This document shows positions 19,411 to 29,600 of a DNA stretch of 64,000 nucleotides, in pieces. Made by a program: the position numbers and the translations under genes. The stretch is from a virus (lineage: Duplodnaviria; Heunggongvirae; Uroviricota; Caudoviricetes), in IMG/VR virus record IMGVR_UViG_3300044673_000278, positions 187,694-251,693 of that record; one strand, 5' to 3'. Every line of letters begins with the position of its first letter. The stretch's first letter is position 1. A model generated the notes under the pieces. That model was not told the origin of the DNA. It searched no databases and worked only from the letters and a program-made list of their open reading frames with translations.

Positions 19411-20695
19411 CACACTGTGCCTAGCACCTTGGACACACACATATCTCAGTCCACAAACGGAGCGTAGAATGTGCTGTGCCAGTCGCGAGCCAGCACAGAA
19501 TTTTGAACAGTACATTGATACATCTGCTGGCACCGGGCGGTATATTCCGCTGACATTGGAACAGCACTGGAATTCAGAGCACATGCGAAGTGTACGCCGA
19601 AGAATGATGGCCGGAGAAACCTTGCCTGAGTGCGATGTGTGCAACAACAAACTGTTAAATACCTCAGTATATCGAGATTACTTTGGTCACCTCTTTGGAC
19701 ACAAACTAGATGAAGTCTACGCAACAACTACCGCTGACGGTTATACAACCATGGAGCCTGTGTCCTGGGACTATAGGTTCAGTAATCTCTGCAACTTTAA
19801 ATGTAGAACTTGCGGGGACATGCTCAGTTCTGCGTGGGAAAGCGAAGAGAAAACTCATGACATGGTTAATTGGGCAAATCCTAGTAATAACTGGATGCGC
19901 AGTGATGTTAGGCAGCAAATATCACAGTTTCAGGATACACAGATTGAGCAAGAATTCTCTGATGCTGTGGAACAGCATCGAGTAGAAGAAGTCTACTGGG
20001 TAGGCGGCGAACCCTTGATGTATGAACAACATTGGCGTTATATGAAACGCATTGTTGAATTAGGAGACGGAGGACGACTATATGCCAGGTACAACACTAA
20101 TCTCAGCAGGATTAGTTATCGCGGCTGTGACTTATATCGTGATCTGCTGGTACATGTACGCGACTGGCAAATTTGCGCCAGTATTGACGGAACAGGAACA
20201 ATCGGAGAGTACATACGTACTGGTCTGGACTATGGGGTTTTTCTAAAGAACTTCGAAGCTGGTGTGGCCGTACAAAAAAATCGTCGACAGATGAGATTGG
20301 ATTTTACGTTGACGCTGCCGGGCATGTTTGAAGTCAATGCAATACAACAGCTTGCTCGCACATACGATGTAGAGCTATTGGCCAAAGTGATCTTTAGTTT
20401 TACCCCAGATATTGCAATGAGTCCATTGGCTTTGCCCAGGCAGCTATTAGACGACTGGGTTGATGAGTTGGTACCCGAATGTACATCAGGGGCCATGCGC
20501 GATGTTCTACTACAGTTAAAGAATCGTCCTACGTTTGAACAACAATGGCCCGATCAATATCGTGCAGGGCTTGCAAAAGGCAAAGCTCGTGTGTTAAAAT
20601 TAGAAAGCATACGCACACAGTCAATAACCATGGGGGAAATATTGGCTCAGCGTCCAGAAGTATTGAAATGGTGGAACGAAATTGAACCCAATTGA
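19385..20695 (+). CDS. Radical SAM enzyme, paralog 5
   Basis: CNFKCRTCGD and GGEPL motifs. N-terminal CLAPWTHTYLSPQTERRMCC...CDVCNNK. Confidence 0.7.
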   Translation: MNKFMQKPDTLCLAPWTHTYLSPQTERRMCCASREPAQNFEQYIDTSAGTGRYIPLTLEQHWNSEHMRSVRRRMMAGETLPECDVCNNKLLNTSVYRDYFGHLFGHKLDEVYATTTADGYTTMEPVSWDYRFSNLCNFKCRTCGDMLSSAWESEEKTHDMVNWANPSNNWMRSDVRQQISQFQDTQIEQEFSDAVEQHRVEEVYWVGGEPLMYEQHWRYMKRIVELGDGGRLYARYNTNLSRISYRGCDLYRDLLVHVRDWQICASIDGTGTIGEYIRTGLDYGVFLKNFEAGVAVQKNRRQMRLDFTLTLPGMFEVNAIQQLARTYDVELLAKVIFSFTPDIAMSPLALPRQLLDDWVDELVPECTSGAMRDVLLQLKNRPTFEQQWPDQYRAGLAKGKARVLKLESIRTQSITMGEILAQRPEVLKWWNEIEPN

Positions 20696-21728
20696 AATGG
20701 ATCTCCGATCGGAGTCGGGCAATATATTAACTGTTTACATAGATGTAGCACACAACAGTCTAAGCCGCAAATGGGTCACAGCACTAAAGGAGTTAGTGGA
20801 AAATGATTACCATTTGGAAAAGAATTATTGCTGGTTTGGCTGGACTCAAAGCCGACGCAACGCCGAATACCTATGCGGATCCATTAACAGTAGTATCAAT
20901 GCTATTAATAGAGCTAACCTGGGTTATCGCATTGATTGCCCTAGTTACACAGTTTCTAACACAATAAAAGATGACTTGGATATCAATCATGAGCGCATGA
21001 ATTGGTTGCATCGATATTTTGAAGATCTGCAGGGTGTGTCGGGTAGAATGAGTCCCTACTACGAAGCAGCTGATGCAGAAACACGCTGGCATATACGCCA
21101 ACTCAATTTGTTGTGCCATGAATACGAAAGCCTGGTGCTGAGCATGCGCAAAGACGTACAGGCACCTGAGTGGAAAAGACCCAGTCAGCTGATGTGCTGG
21201 TTGCATGCACCGCGCTTTGAGTTGGATGAAGAAGACCACGAACTGTTTGGTATTGAAACCATTAATCGCAGCCTGGGTGGTGTGTATGTGGGGGTAAACA
21301 AAGCAGTAGGTAAACATCACTGGGAAGTATTCAATGATGAAGGTCGAGACAGTCGCATTGATGAACTAGTGACTACCACACTCAAAACTCAAACTGAAGC
21401 AGCAGGGGACTTTGACATTGAATGGGCTCGTGATCCGGGTGCATATCATTGGCAACAAGTAAAATTGCGAGAATTTCGCCAATGGCTGCTGGACAACGGT
21501 TTTGATCCCGACGACAAAAGTCTAACCATTGGACACCCCAAGGTTGCGCAGGTAGATCTTTTACGCAGTTTTGGCACAGAAGACTACCAACAAATCTGGA
21601 GCTTGTTGGCACAACACCTAGATGTATATAAAATCCGTGTAGACGGCTGCGAAGCTACATACAACTATAACTGGAGTGATCCAGATTATATGCAGCAGCA
21701 AGTGGCTGCAATCAAACAAGGAAAATAA
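20682..21728 (+). CDS. Hypothetical protein (348 aa)
   Basis: ORF with overlapping start inside the island. No recognisable motif. Confidence 0.45.
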   Translation: MNPIEMDLRSESGNILTVYIDVAHNSLSRKWVTALKELVENDYHLEKNYCWFGWTQSRRNAEYLCGSINSSINAINRANLGYRIDCPSYTVSNTIKDDLDINHERMNWLHRYFEDLQGVSGRMSPYYEAADAETRWHIRQLNLLCHEYESLVLSMRKDVQAPEWKRPSQLMCWLHAPRFELDEEDHELFGIETINRSLGGVYVGVNKAVGKHHWEVFNDEGRDSRIDELVTTTLKTQTEAAGDFDIEWARDPGAYHWQQVKLREFRQWLLDNGFDPDDKSLTIGHPKVAQVDLLRSFGTEDYQQIWSLLAQHLDVYKIRVDGCEATYNYNWSDPDYMQQQVAAIKQGK

Positions 21729-21827
21729 CATGGGCTGGATTCGAAGAATGATTGAGCGAATTCGTTTAGAAATTCGCTATCGTAAAAAACTCAAAGAACT
21801 GCGCAAGCGTGATCCATTCATTTACAA

Positions 21828-23306
21828 ATGAACATTCTTGGTATTTCAGCAGGATTTCATGATGCTGCCATTGCTGTACTCAGTGACTCTGGCGAAATAA
21901 GATTTGCCAGCCACAGCGAACGCTATAGCAAAAACAAGCATGACACAGACCTATGTGATGCTATCCTAGATGACATTGATCAGTACACCATAGGGCAGAT
22001 TGCATACTACGAACGTCCTTGGGCACGACAGTTGCGACAGCTATGGGCTGGTCAAGGCGTAGACTGGAATCAACTCACTGTGAAAGAAATTGTGCGCCAG
22101 CAAACTGGCTCAAGATTTCGCGGTGTAAAAGCTCGCGGATACAATCATCATCTATGCCATGCAGCCGCAGGGTTTCAAACATCGCCTTATAATCGTGCCA
22201 CAGTTGTTGTAATCGATGCCATTGGCGAATGGGACACAATAACAATATGGGGAGCAGAATATGATTCAAAAGGTCGTGCGCAGTATAAAAAACTTTGGAG
22301 TCGCGGTTACCCGCATTCAATTGGACTCTTCTACAGTGCAGCTACTAGCCGCGTTGGCCTACGCCCACTAGACGAAGAATACATACTCATGGGCATGGCC
22401 GCCTATGGTGAACGTGGATTCGGCAGTCTCATGCGTCAAGACCTTGTGGCTGATGCTTGGGAAATTGAGTTCAAGCAAAACCTGCACATGGGACTGGAGC
22501 AGAAGTATCTCAGTTATGTGGCGGACATGGACATTGCCGCTGGCGCACAAGATTTAGCCGAAGATCTCATCATGAATGTCATGCGTAGAGCTCGAGCATT
22601 TGGCTGGAGCAACAACCTTGTGTACATGGGCGGTGTTGCACTGAATTGCAGTGCCAATAGGAGGTTAGGTGAGTGTTTTGATAACATATGGATTATGCCT
22701 TGTCCTGGTGATGCTGGCTCTAGCCTGGGCGCCGCCGCACTGGCTTACGGTAGTAGGATTAATTGGCACGATGCTTTTCTGGGCCATGATATTAGAGGCC
22801 CTTACCCTGTTAATGCCATTCTGGACGAGCTTGTGTCTAATCGTATCGTTGGTGTTGCTAGTGGCCGTGCTGAGTTCGGTCCGCGAGCGTTAGGCAACAG
22901 AAGTTTATTAGCGGACCCTAGAGGTCCAGAAATCAAGGATCAAGTAAATGCAATCAAACGTAGACAAAAATTCCGACCCTTTGCCCCAGTTATTTTGGAG
23001 GAACTGGTTGATCATTACTTTGACATGCCTCGCAATTGGGATCGTAGTAGGTATATGCAAGTCGTCGCTACTTGTAGGCGTCCTGACTTATTTCCTGCTA
23101 TCGTTCACGCTGACGGGACTAGTCGTGTACAGACTGTGCCAAAAGATGGATCGGGAATACGAGAACTGCTTGAAAAATGGTATGTAATGACTGACTGCCC
23201 CATGCTGCTGAACACCAGCTTGAACATACGCGGTGAGCCTATGGTCAATGATCGATTAGACGCAGATAGATTTGAAAAGTTATACGGTGTACGAGTATGC
23301 AGTTAA
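21828..23306 (+). CDS. Carbamoyltransferase (NodU/CmcH/TobZ family)
   Basis: N-terminal MNILGISAGFHDAAIAVL is the Kae1/YgjD-like ASKHA motif of O-carbamoyltransferases. 492 aa. Confidence 0.7.
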   Translation: MNILGISAGFHDAAIAVLSDSGEIRFASHSERYSKNKHDTDLCDAILDDIDQYTIGQIAYYERPWARQLRQLWAGQGVDWNQLTVKEIVRQQTGSRFRGVKARGYNHHLCHAAAGFQTSPYNRATVVVIDAIGEWDTITIWGAEYDSKGRAQYKKLWSRGYPHSIGLFYSAATSRVGLRPLDEEYILMGMAAYGERGFGSLMRQDLVADAWEIEFKQNLHMGLEQKYLSYVADMDIAAGAQDLAEDLIMNVMRRARAFGWSNNLVYMGGVALNCSANRRLGECFDNIWIMPCPGDAGSSLGAAALAYGSRINWHDAFLGHDIRGPYPVNAILDELVSNRIVGVASGRAEFGPRALGNRSLLADPRGPEIKDQVNAIKRRQKFRPFAPVILEELVDHYFDMPRNWDRSRYMQVVATCRRPDLFPAIVHADGTSRVQTVPKDGSGIRELLEKWYVMTDCPMLLNTSLNIRGEPMVNDRLDADRFEKLYGVRVCS

Positions 23307-23309
23307 AAC

Positions 23310-23336
23310 AAAAGCCCCGACAGGGGCTTTGTTGTT
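23310..23336. terminator. Bidirectional intrinsic terminator between convergent genes
   Basis: Hairpin aaagccccgacaggggcttt flanked by A-rich and T-rich tracts. Confidence 0.6.
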
Positions 23337-24385
23337 TATAGATAAGTTTCTAAACCTCCACGACGACGGATATCCTGTGTGCAACAAGATATACCGCCGT
23401 CCCAGAAGTAGCTGTGACGCAACTCACTTATAATCGGATTGATCCGATGCTGCTTACAGTAATCAAACACCTGCTTGTTGTAGGCGCTGAAGATTACATT
23501 CTCTTCGTCTAGCACAAGACAGTTTACATCAAACACTGTCTCAGCCACAAATCCTGTCCATTTGGTTAGATATGTGTTCACAAAGTCTGTGAACTCTGGG
23601 GTAGGAGTTTGACCTTGCACATACCATGCACCGGGGCTGGATTCATATTTGAACTTGCCCACTTCCATGGCAGCCCAGATTGAACTATCCCAAATCTTGC
23701 ACACATCCCAGCCCGGGAAATCCTTGGCCAAGTCCAAGTTAACATCGTGCTTGCTACTGAGCAGCACGCCGGGCTTGAGTATGGCAAACACAGCATCACC
23801 GTGGCCGTCTGTGACAGCTTCGTGTATGCGATATTCCGGACCCAGCACATTGTCTACAATCCAACGTGTCTGCTCGGGCTTTAGGAAATCCGAATTGTCA
23901 AAAAACACATCACGGCCCACACGCACAATGCAACTGGCGCTGGCACCATTTAGGATACAATCAGGATCCCATTGGCTGCGATGTGGATTGACCACTGTGG
24001 CACCTTGACCAGCATAGTCATTGCAAATAGTGTCTAGTTCGGGCATGTTGAGCACACGCAACAGTTTGTCACCCAGTGTAATTTGCCAGTCACGTGGAGT
24101 CAGTGGGGGCAACGGCGCACCGCCACCTTCGGTTTGAAACCATACAAATTGATCTTTGTTGGGCAAATCAGGTCTACGAACAGTGGCACCGTAGCGTTGA
24201 ATAGTCTTGGCCAAGTTGTCAAGGTCTTCTTCGGTTTCTGCTAGGATCTGTTGCAGTTGGTTACGCACCTGCGGATTGTCGATGAAATCAAAATAATCAG
24301 GTGAGTAGGCGCGGCCTACAATTACTTCTTCCAGTGGTTGCCACGATGTATAACTGTTAACGATATTGCTCATGTATTTTCTCAA
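23336..24385 (-). CDS. Pentein-fold amidinotransferase/DDAH-like enzyme
   Basis: C-terminal FWDGGISCCTQDIRRRG resembles the catalytic-Cys motif (GGGxHCxT) of the amidinotransferase/arginine-deiminase superfamily. TDGHGD is a candidate His/Asp site. Confidence 0.45.
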   Translation of the reverse strand: MRKYMSNIVNSYTSWQPLEEVIVGRAYSPDYFDFIDNPQVRNQLQQILAETEEDLDNLAKTIQRYGATVRRPDLPNKDQFVWFQTEGGGAPLPPLTPRDWQITLGDKLLRVLNMPELDTICNDYAGQGATVVNPHRSQWDPDCILNGASASCIVRVGRDVFFDNSDFLKPEQTRWIVDNVLGPEYRIHEAVTDGHGDAVFAILKPGVLLSSKHDVNLDLAKDFPGWDVCKIWDSSIWAAMEVGKFKYESSPGAWYVQGQTPTPEFTDFVNTYLTKWTGFVAETVFDVNCLVLDEENVIFSAYNKQVFDYCKQHRINPIISELRHSYFWDGGISCCTQDIRRRGGLETYL

Positions 24386-25547
24386 TCAAGCTATTTAAAC
24401 GTTGACTCTTGTTGGCCTGAAATAATTGCTGGTTGTGTTCAATATCTCCACGGGCCTGCTCAAACAGCTCAGGAAGATTTCTACTGGCAGCAACTATGCT
24501 TTCTTTGAGAGCTTGCCAACGTTGTGTATGATTTGTGATAGCATCATATCTGTTGTCCAACACATTATCAAATGTTCTGTAACCCAAATCTCTTAGTGCC
24601 TGCAAACTGCCAGTAGCCCCAGCCACAAAGAACAGTTGTCCGTGCTTGATGGCTTTGAATGTTTTTTCTGTGACAAAAGCGCCGCCGCTTTGATCTACAT
24701 CAAATTGACTTTCCAACACAATTTGACAGTAGCTGTCGTTGTAAAACTTGGGCTCCATCACTGAGTGATTGTTGCGATCGCTGTCAGACAGATCATCGCA
24801 ATAGTAAGGAGCGTTCTGCAAGAATCTTGATCTATCGTAACGCAGACGTTGGATCAAATCAACTTCAATAGGGCAATCATTGTCTTCCCCCGTGGCTGCT
24901 TCACAATAACTCCAGTAACTGTGATCTAACACACCAGTGCGCCATAAGTCAGCCATCACAGTGGCACGCCACCATTTGTGTAGTCTGCTGAGACAAGTAA
25001 ATTGTTTGCTTCTAGGCAGTTGATGCACTGGCATAGGCTCAACATCAATGTTTCTTTGATAATACCAAAGCTCAAAATCGTCAAAATGCACAAAGCCATT
25101 GAGCTTGGCAGCAGCGGTGTTGGCACTGACAAACACGTAACACTGCGGTGGCAGCTCATGATCCAACAACAATTTGTCAATTCTTTGTTTGATTCTACCA
25201 GGGTTGTCACCTTCGTGATAGTAGAACAACAAACGTAGACGCTGCTGTTTCACTGCACGAGTCACGTCCTTGGGCAACAAGGAAATATAATCAATTGAAA
25301 AATCAAAGAATCCCAAGCCAATGGGGTACAGTGAATCAGCAGGAAAATTGTCGTTGATATTGAATATGTTGACTGCTACTCCGTGCTGATTGCAGTATTC
25401 TTGTAACCTCAGCGGTACTGTATAAGGCCAATGCTGACCAAATTCTCTCCAGGGTTGAGTGTATGGCCTGGCCTCGTGCTTGGTCAGCGCAGGGTATATT
25501 CTGCCTTTGAGAACTTGATCTGCAATTAGATTAAGGCTCAATTTCAT
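24357..25547 (-). CDS. GT-B-like protein, paralog 3
   Basis: C-terminal TEKTFKAIKHGQLFFVAGATGSLQALRDLGYRTFDNVLDNRYD motif. Confidence 0.5.
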   Translation of the reverse strand: MKLSLNLIADQVLKGRIYPALTKHEARPYTQPWREFGQHWPYTVPLRLQEYCNQHGVAVNIFNINDNFPADSLYPIGLGFFDFSIDYISLLPKDVTRAVKQQRLRLLFYYHEGDNPGRIKQRIDKLLLDHELPPQCYVFVSANTAAAKLNGFVHFDDFELWYYQRNIDVEPMPVHQLPRSKQFTCLSRLHKWWRATVMADLWRTGVLDHSYWSYCEAATGEDNDCPIEVDLIQRLRYDRSRFLQNAPYYCDDLSDSDRNNHSVMEPKFYNDSYCQIVLESQFDVDQSGGAFVTEKTFKAIKHGQLFFVAGATGSLQALRDLGYRTFDNVLDNRYDAITNHTQRWQALKESIVAASRNLPELFEQARGDIEHNQQLFQANKSQRLNSLIEKIHEQYR

Positions 25548-26661
25548 TCAGCATCTCAATGAGTTCTTTCCACAGCACTTTTTCAAATCCGCCATTGTAA
25601 AAATGGTTCCAATTGTGCTCAATTACTTCGCGACACTGATCAAACAACTGTTGTTTGGCTTCTACACTCAGTTGATCTAGACTGCGCAACAAACTAGCAA
25701 TGCGTTCTATGCGAACATCGTCCTCGGCATCGTCGTAACTTTCGTCCCATATGCCCTCAAAGGTTCGAAACCCGTATTCTCTGAGATATTTCAAACTGCC
25801 CTTGGTCCCAACAATAATAAATGGCATGCCCATGGCAATAGGTTTGAAAGTTTTTTCTGTGAGGTGCAATCTTTTTCCTGTGGCCACAGTTTCTGTCACA
25901 AGATACAACAAACTTTCAGCAGCTTCGTCAAACAGACTCAACCAGCAACTGTGCATGGGATGATCAGTTTCGCCGGCAAAATTGATTGGTAATTGTTGAG
26001 ATCCGAATACTTGCTCAATATCAGGATACTTGTTTTTTAATAATTTTACAGCATCAATGATATTGATATTCTCTGCTGGGCACACATCGGGGCAACTGAT
26101 GTGGTTGTCTAGCATGTTGTTTTTAAAGATATGGTACAACATTTCTAATCTATGTTGACGTTCGCCAGCAATGATTCTGTTTGGAGCAAGAAAAGTTTTG
26201 GTAATAGTTCGTTCAGTCCACGGCTTTATCAAAAACGTTTTGTCGTACCCGCGATACCAATCTAACGCAGCCCAGCCGTGAAAGAAATAGTACAAAGATT
26301 TCCACTTGAACCTAGAACATACGTATTCAACACTGACACTGTTTTTCTCACTGGTCATAACATATCCAGCATTTTTTATACGATTGGTATCAAAATTTTC
26401 AATTCGGTTATCGGTGTGAGTGATATCTAAGTTTAACCCTGCAACTTGGCTAAACGTAGGAAGATGAATGTTCAAATGTATTGGCTCTTGATCAAAAAAG
26501 AATATATAATTGTGTTCAGGGATGTCGTCTCTACCGTAGTTCATAACACTTTCGGGATCACTTCTGCCAAAAGGCTCACAGAAAAATGCTCTGTACCCGG
26601 GCCTATTCTTTTTTAACCAAGGCCAAAATGTATTGTTGTAGAGTTCGTCGATTCTAATCAT
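25531..26661 (-). CDS. GT-B-like protein, paralog 4
   Basis: C-terminal TEKTFKPIAMGMPFIIVGTKGSLKYLREYGFRTFEGIWDESYD motif. Confidence 0.5.
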   Translation of the reverse strand: MIRIDELYNNTFWPWLKKNRPGYRAFFCEPFGRSDPESVMNYGRDDIPEHNYIFFFDQEPIHLNIHLPTFSQVAGLNLDITHTDNRIENFDTNRIKNAGYVMTSEKNSVSVEYVCSRFKWKSLYYFFHGWAALDWYRGYDKTFLIKPWTERTITKTFLAPNRIIAGERQHRLEMLYHIFKNNMLDNHISCPDVCPAENINIIDAVKLLKNKYPDIEQVFGSQQLPINFAGETDHPMHSCWLSLFDEAAESLLYLVTETVATGKRLHLTEKTFKPIAMGMPFIIVGTKGSLKYLREYGFRTFEGIWDESYDDAEDDVRIERIASLLRSLDQLSVEAKQQLFDQCREVIEHNWNHFYNGGFEKVLWKELIEMLNEIEP

Positions 26662-29600
26662 GTTTGATGTTTTTTATATAGGAACTAAACCAAATCTATT
26701 GCCGCATGAACAATCTGCGGATAGCATTGAACATGCTCAAAGTTTGTGTCGTACAAGATTTTGTTGGATTGTATCGTACTTAGCGGATCTCGACGGTTGG
26801 GATTTTCTTTGGGAACCTGTGCCTTGGCAAGCCAATTTTGTTCATGTTTGGCCCAGCGAAGTAGAAGGATATGCTGCGGTACAACTAGTACCAAAAAACG
26901 TTGTCACTTTGGAGTATCACTATCACAACACAGTGGTGCCATCCAAGTCAAGACCAGAAAACTATTGCACACTGGTTGACTCAGAGTTTGACTATAATTG
27001 GTTGCCAAGCCCGTGGGATCCTCCTTACATTTATGTGTTTGGTAATCAGCATTGGCCTGCAGAAGTGCAGCCCACAGTGGAATATCATGTGCCTGGTGCT
27101 ACAGAACGCAAATACATGGAGTGGCCTGTGGCACAGTTAAAGCCGTGTCGTAACAACTGGCTATTGAACGAAAACATCGATGAAGAATCTTGGGATTGGT
27201 CTTGGCGGCCAGACCCAGGAGATCCACCTTACATCTATGTGTTTGGCAATCAATGGAACCCTCCTGAATACAAAACCAGTGTGGAATATCATGTGCCTGG
27301 TGCTACAGAACGCAAATACATGGGCGCTCGCACACAGCGTTTGCCCAACTATGGCAACAATTGGCGTGTGCTGCTCAGCGTCGAAGAGTTTGATTATAGC
27401 TGGGAACCAAATCCATTTGATCCTCCTTATATCTATGTGTTTGGCAATCAGTGGTATTCAGCAGAAGTTGAACCCACAGTGGAATACCACGTACCGGGTG
27501 CCACAGAACGCAAGTATGTTCATGATATTGCGGCCCGAGTTCAAGCCAACTCATTGAACTACTATCAACACTGTGCTGTGGAGTCGTTTGATTACTCATG
27601 GCATCCTGATCCCGGTGAGCCACCTTACATCTATGTGTTTGGAAATCAGTGGTATCCAGCAGAGATCATGCCCACAGTGGAATATCGTGTGCCAGGCGCC
27701 ACTGAGCGGAAGTACATGGATGCTCCGCGGGCAACATTGCCCCAGCGACACGACAATCGTTGGCATACCTTAGAAGATTGCGAGTGGGATTACAGTTGGG
27801 TACCCGATCCGGGAGATCCTCCTTACATCTATGTGTTTGGCAATCAGTGGTGGCCAGCAGAAAAATGGCCCACTGTAACATATACAGTGCCCGGTGCCAC
27901 AGAGCGCAAATACATGCAAGAGCCTGTGGCCAAGCTGTTGTCTAACACACAAAATTGGATCAGTTTGACAGATCGTCAGTTTGCATTTGACTACTCGTGG
28001 CAACCTGATCCTGGCGATTCACCTTACCGTTATGTGTTTGGTAACCAATGGCATAGTGCTGAAGTCATGCCCACAGTACAATGGCTACATCCAAATGCTG
28101 ACAAGAACACACCTATAAAATACATAGACTGGCCACGTGCAGAGTTACTGCCTGACTCAACCCTCTGGACACTGCCAGCAGGTGTAAATCCTGCCAGTGT
28201 AGACTTCTCCTGGGTACCAGATCCTGGCGAACCTCCCTACATATATCAATTTGCCACACAGCACCAGAAAACTGGTGGACCTGTGTACACAGTGCCCGGC
28301 GCCACTGAGATCAAATACCTTGAACACGTAGAGGTAAAAGTCGAAGCCGAAACTGTGCCCATTGTGGAAATTGATCACTTGGACGGCAATGCTGGACAGA
28401 TAGCCAATGTTGTCAAACGTGTGCGTTATTTTGACAACTACAGAGACACACTGATTCGCATTGCCAAGAGCCTTGTGGGTCAGCATGAGTTTGTGTGGGT
28501 ATGTTCCAGCATCTGTGATTACACAGGTTTTGACTTTACCTGGCATCCTGAGAAATGGCAAAACACCATGCTGCATGTATTTGCCAGCAATGATCAAAAG
28601 TTCGGCGACACATTCTACATGCATGTGCCTACCTTTGCTGAACGTGCTGAGAAGAAAGCACTGTTGGAATGGTATGCTGTGAATTATGTGCCGCGCAAGT
28701 CAGTGCCTCGCAGACCCATGCCAGTGATTGAACACACTGCTGATTCACATGTGGATGCTGTGAAGAACACAGACTGGGCAGGACCCGTGGCATTGTTCTC
28801 TACCAACGGTGTTCCTTTTACCTTGCCCACTGTCCCTCTTTGGCGTGAAGAAGTCAAAACAATTGTGCCACTCAGTGCTGGTGCCAGTGCAGTGATTGTG
28901 CCCAAGGTGGCCAAGGGCAGTGTCAAAACACAGTTGTACGACTATCCTTACATAGACAAAACACAAAGCAAGCGACACGGCGATCAACCGCTGGACATTG
29001 TGTTTATCAGTAACGGAGAAGCCAGTGCTGACAAAAACTATCGTCGACTAGAAGACAGCAAGTACAATCGCAACAATCGTCTAATGAGAGTTGACCGTGT
29101 AAATGGTCGTGCAGCAGCTTATCATGCCGCTGCTCGGGTCAGCACCACACCATGGTTCTTTGCTGTGTTTGCTAAGTTAGATGTTCGTATGGATTTTCCC
29201 TGGGATTGGCAACCTGATCGCATGCAACAGCCCAAGCACTATATCTTTCATGCGTTCAACCCTGTCACTGGATTGGAATATGGGCACCAAGCCATGATTG
29301 CCTACAACCGAGATCTAGTGTTGAACAACCCAGGCGTGGGCCTTGACTTTACGCTAGACAGCGCACACGAAGTTGTACCCATCAACTCAGGTACAGCATG
29401 GTACACAGACACACCGTGGCAAGCTTGGCGCACAGCGTTTAGAGAAGCAATCAAATTATGTGCCAGCATGCCCGATGTTGAAAGCGAATACAGACTCAAC
29501 GCCTGGCTCAACAACGGCGACGGATGGAATGGTGATTGGAGTCGACATGGTGCTGCTGATGGCGTTGAATACTATCAGCAGGTCAATGGAGATTTTGCAG

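Noticed and set aside
26660-28300. Possible CRISPR array or DNA-level tandem repeat in the 1004-aa gene
   Set aside because: The periodicity is at protein level (a ~225-nt coding repeat, 8 copies, in-frame). It has no spacer-repeat architecture and is a tandem-domain protein, not CRISPR.
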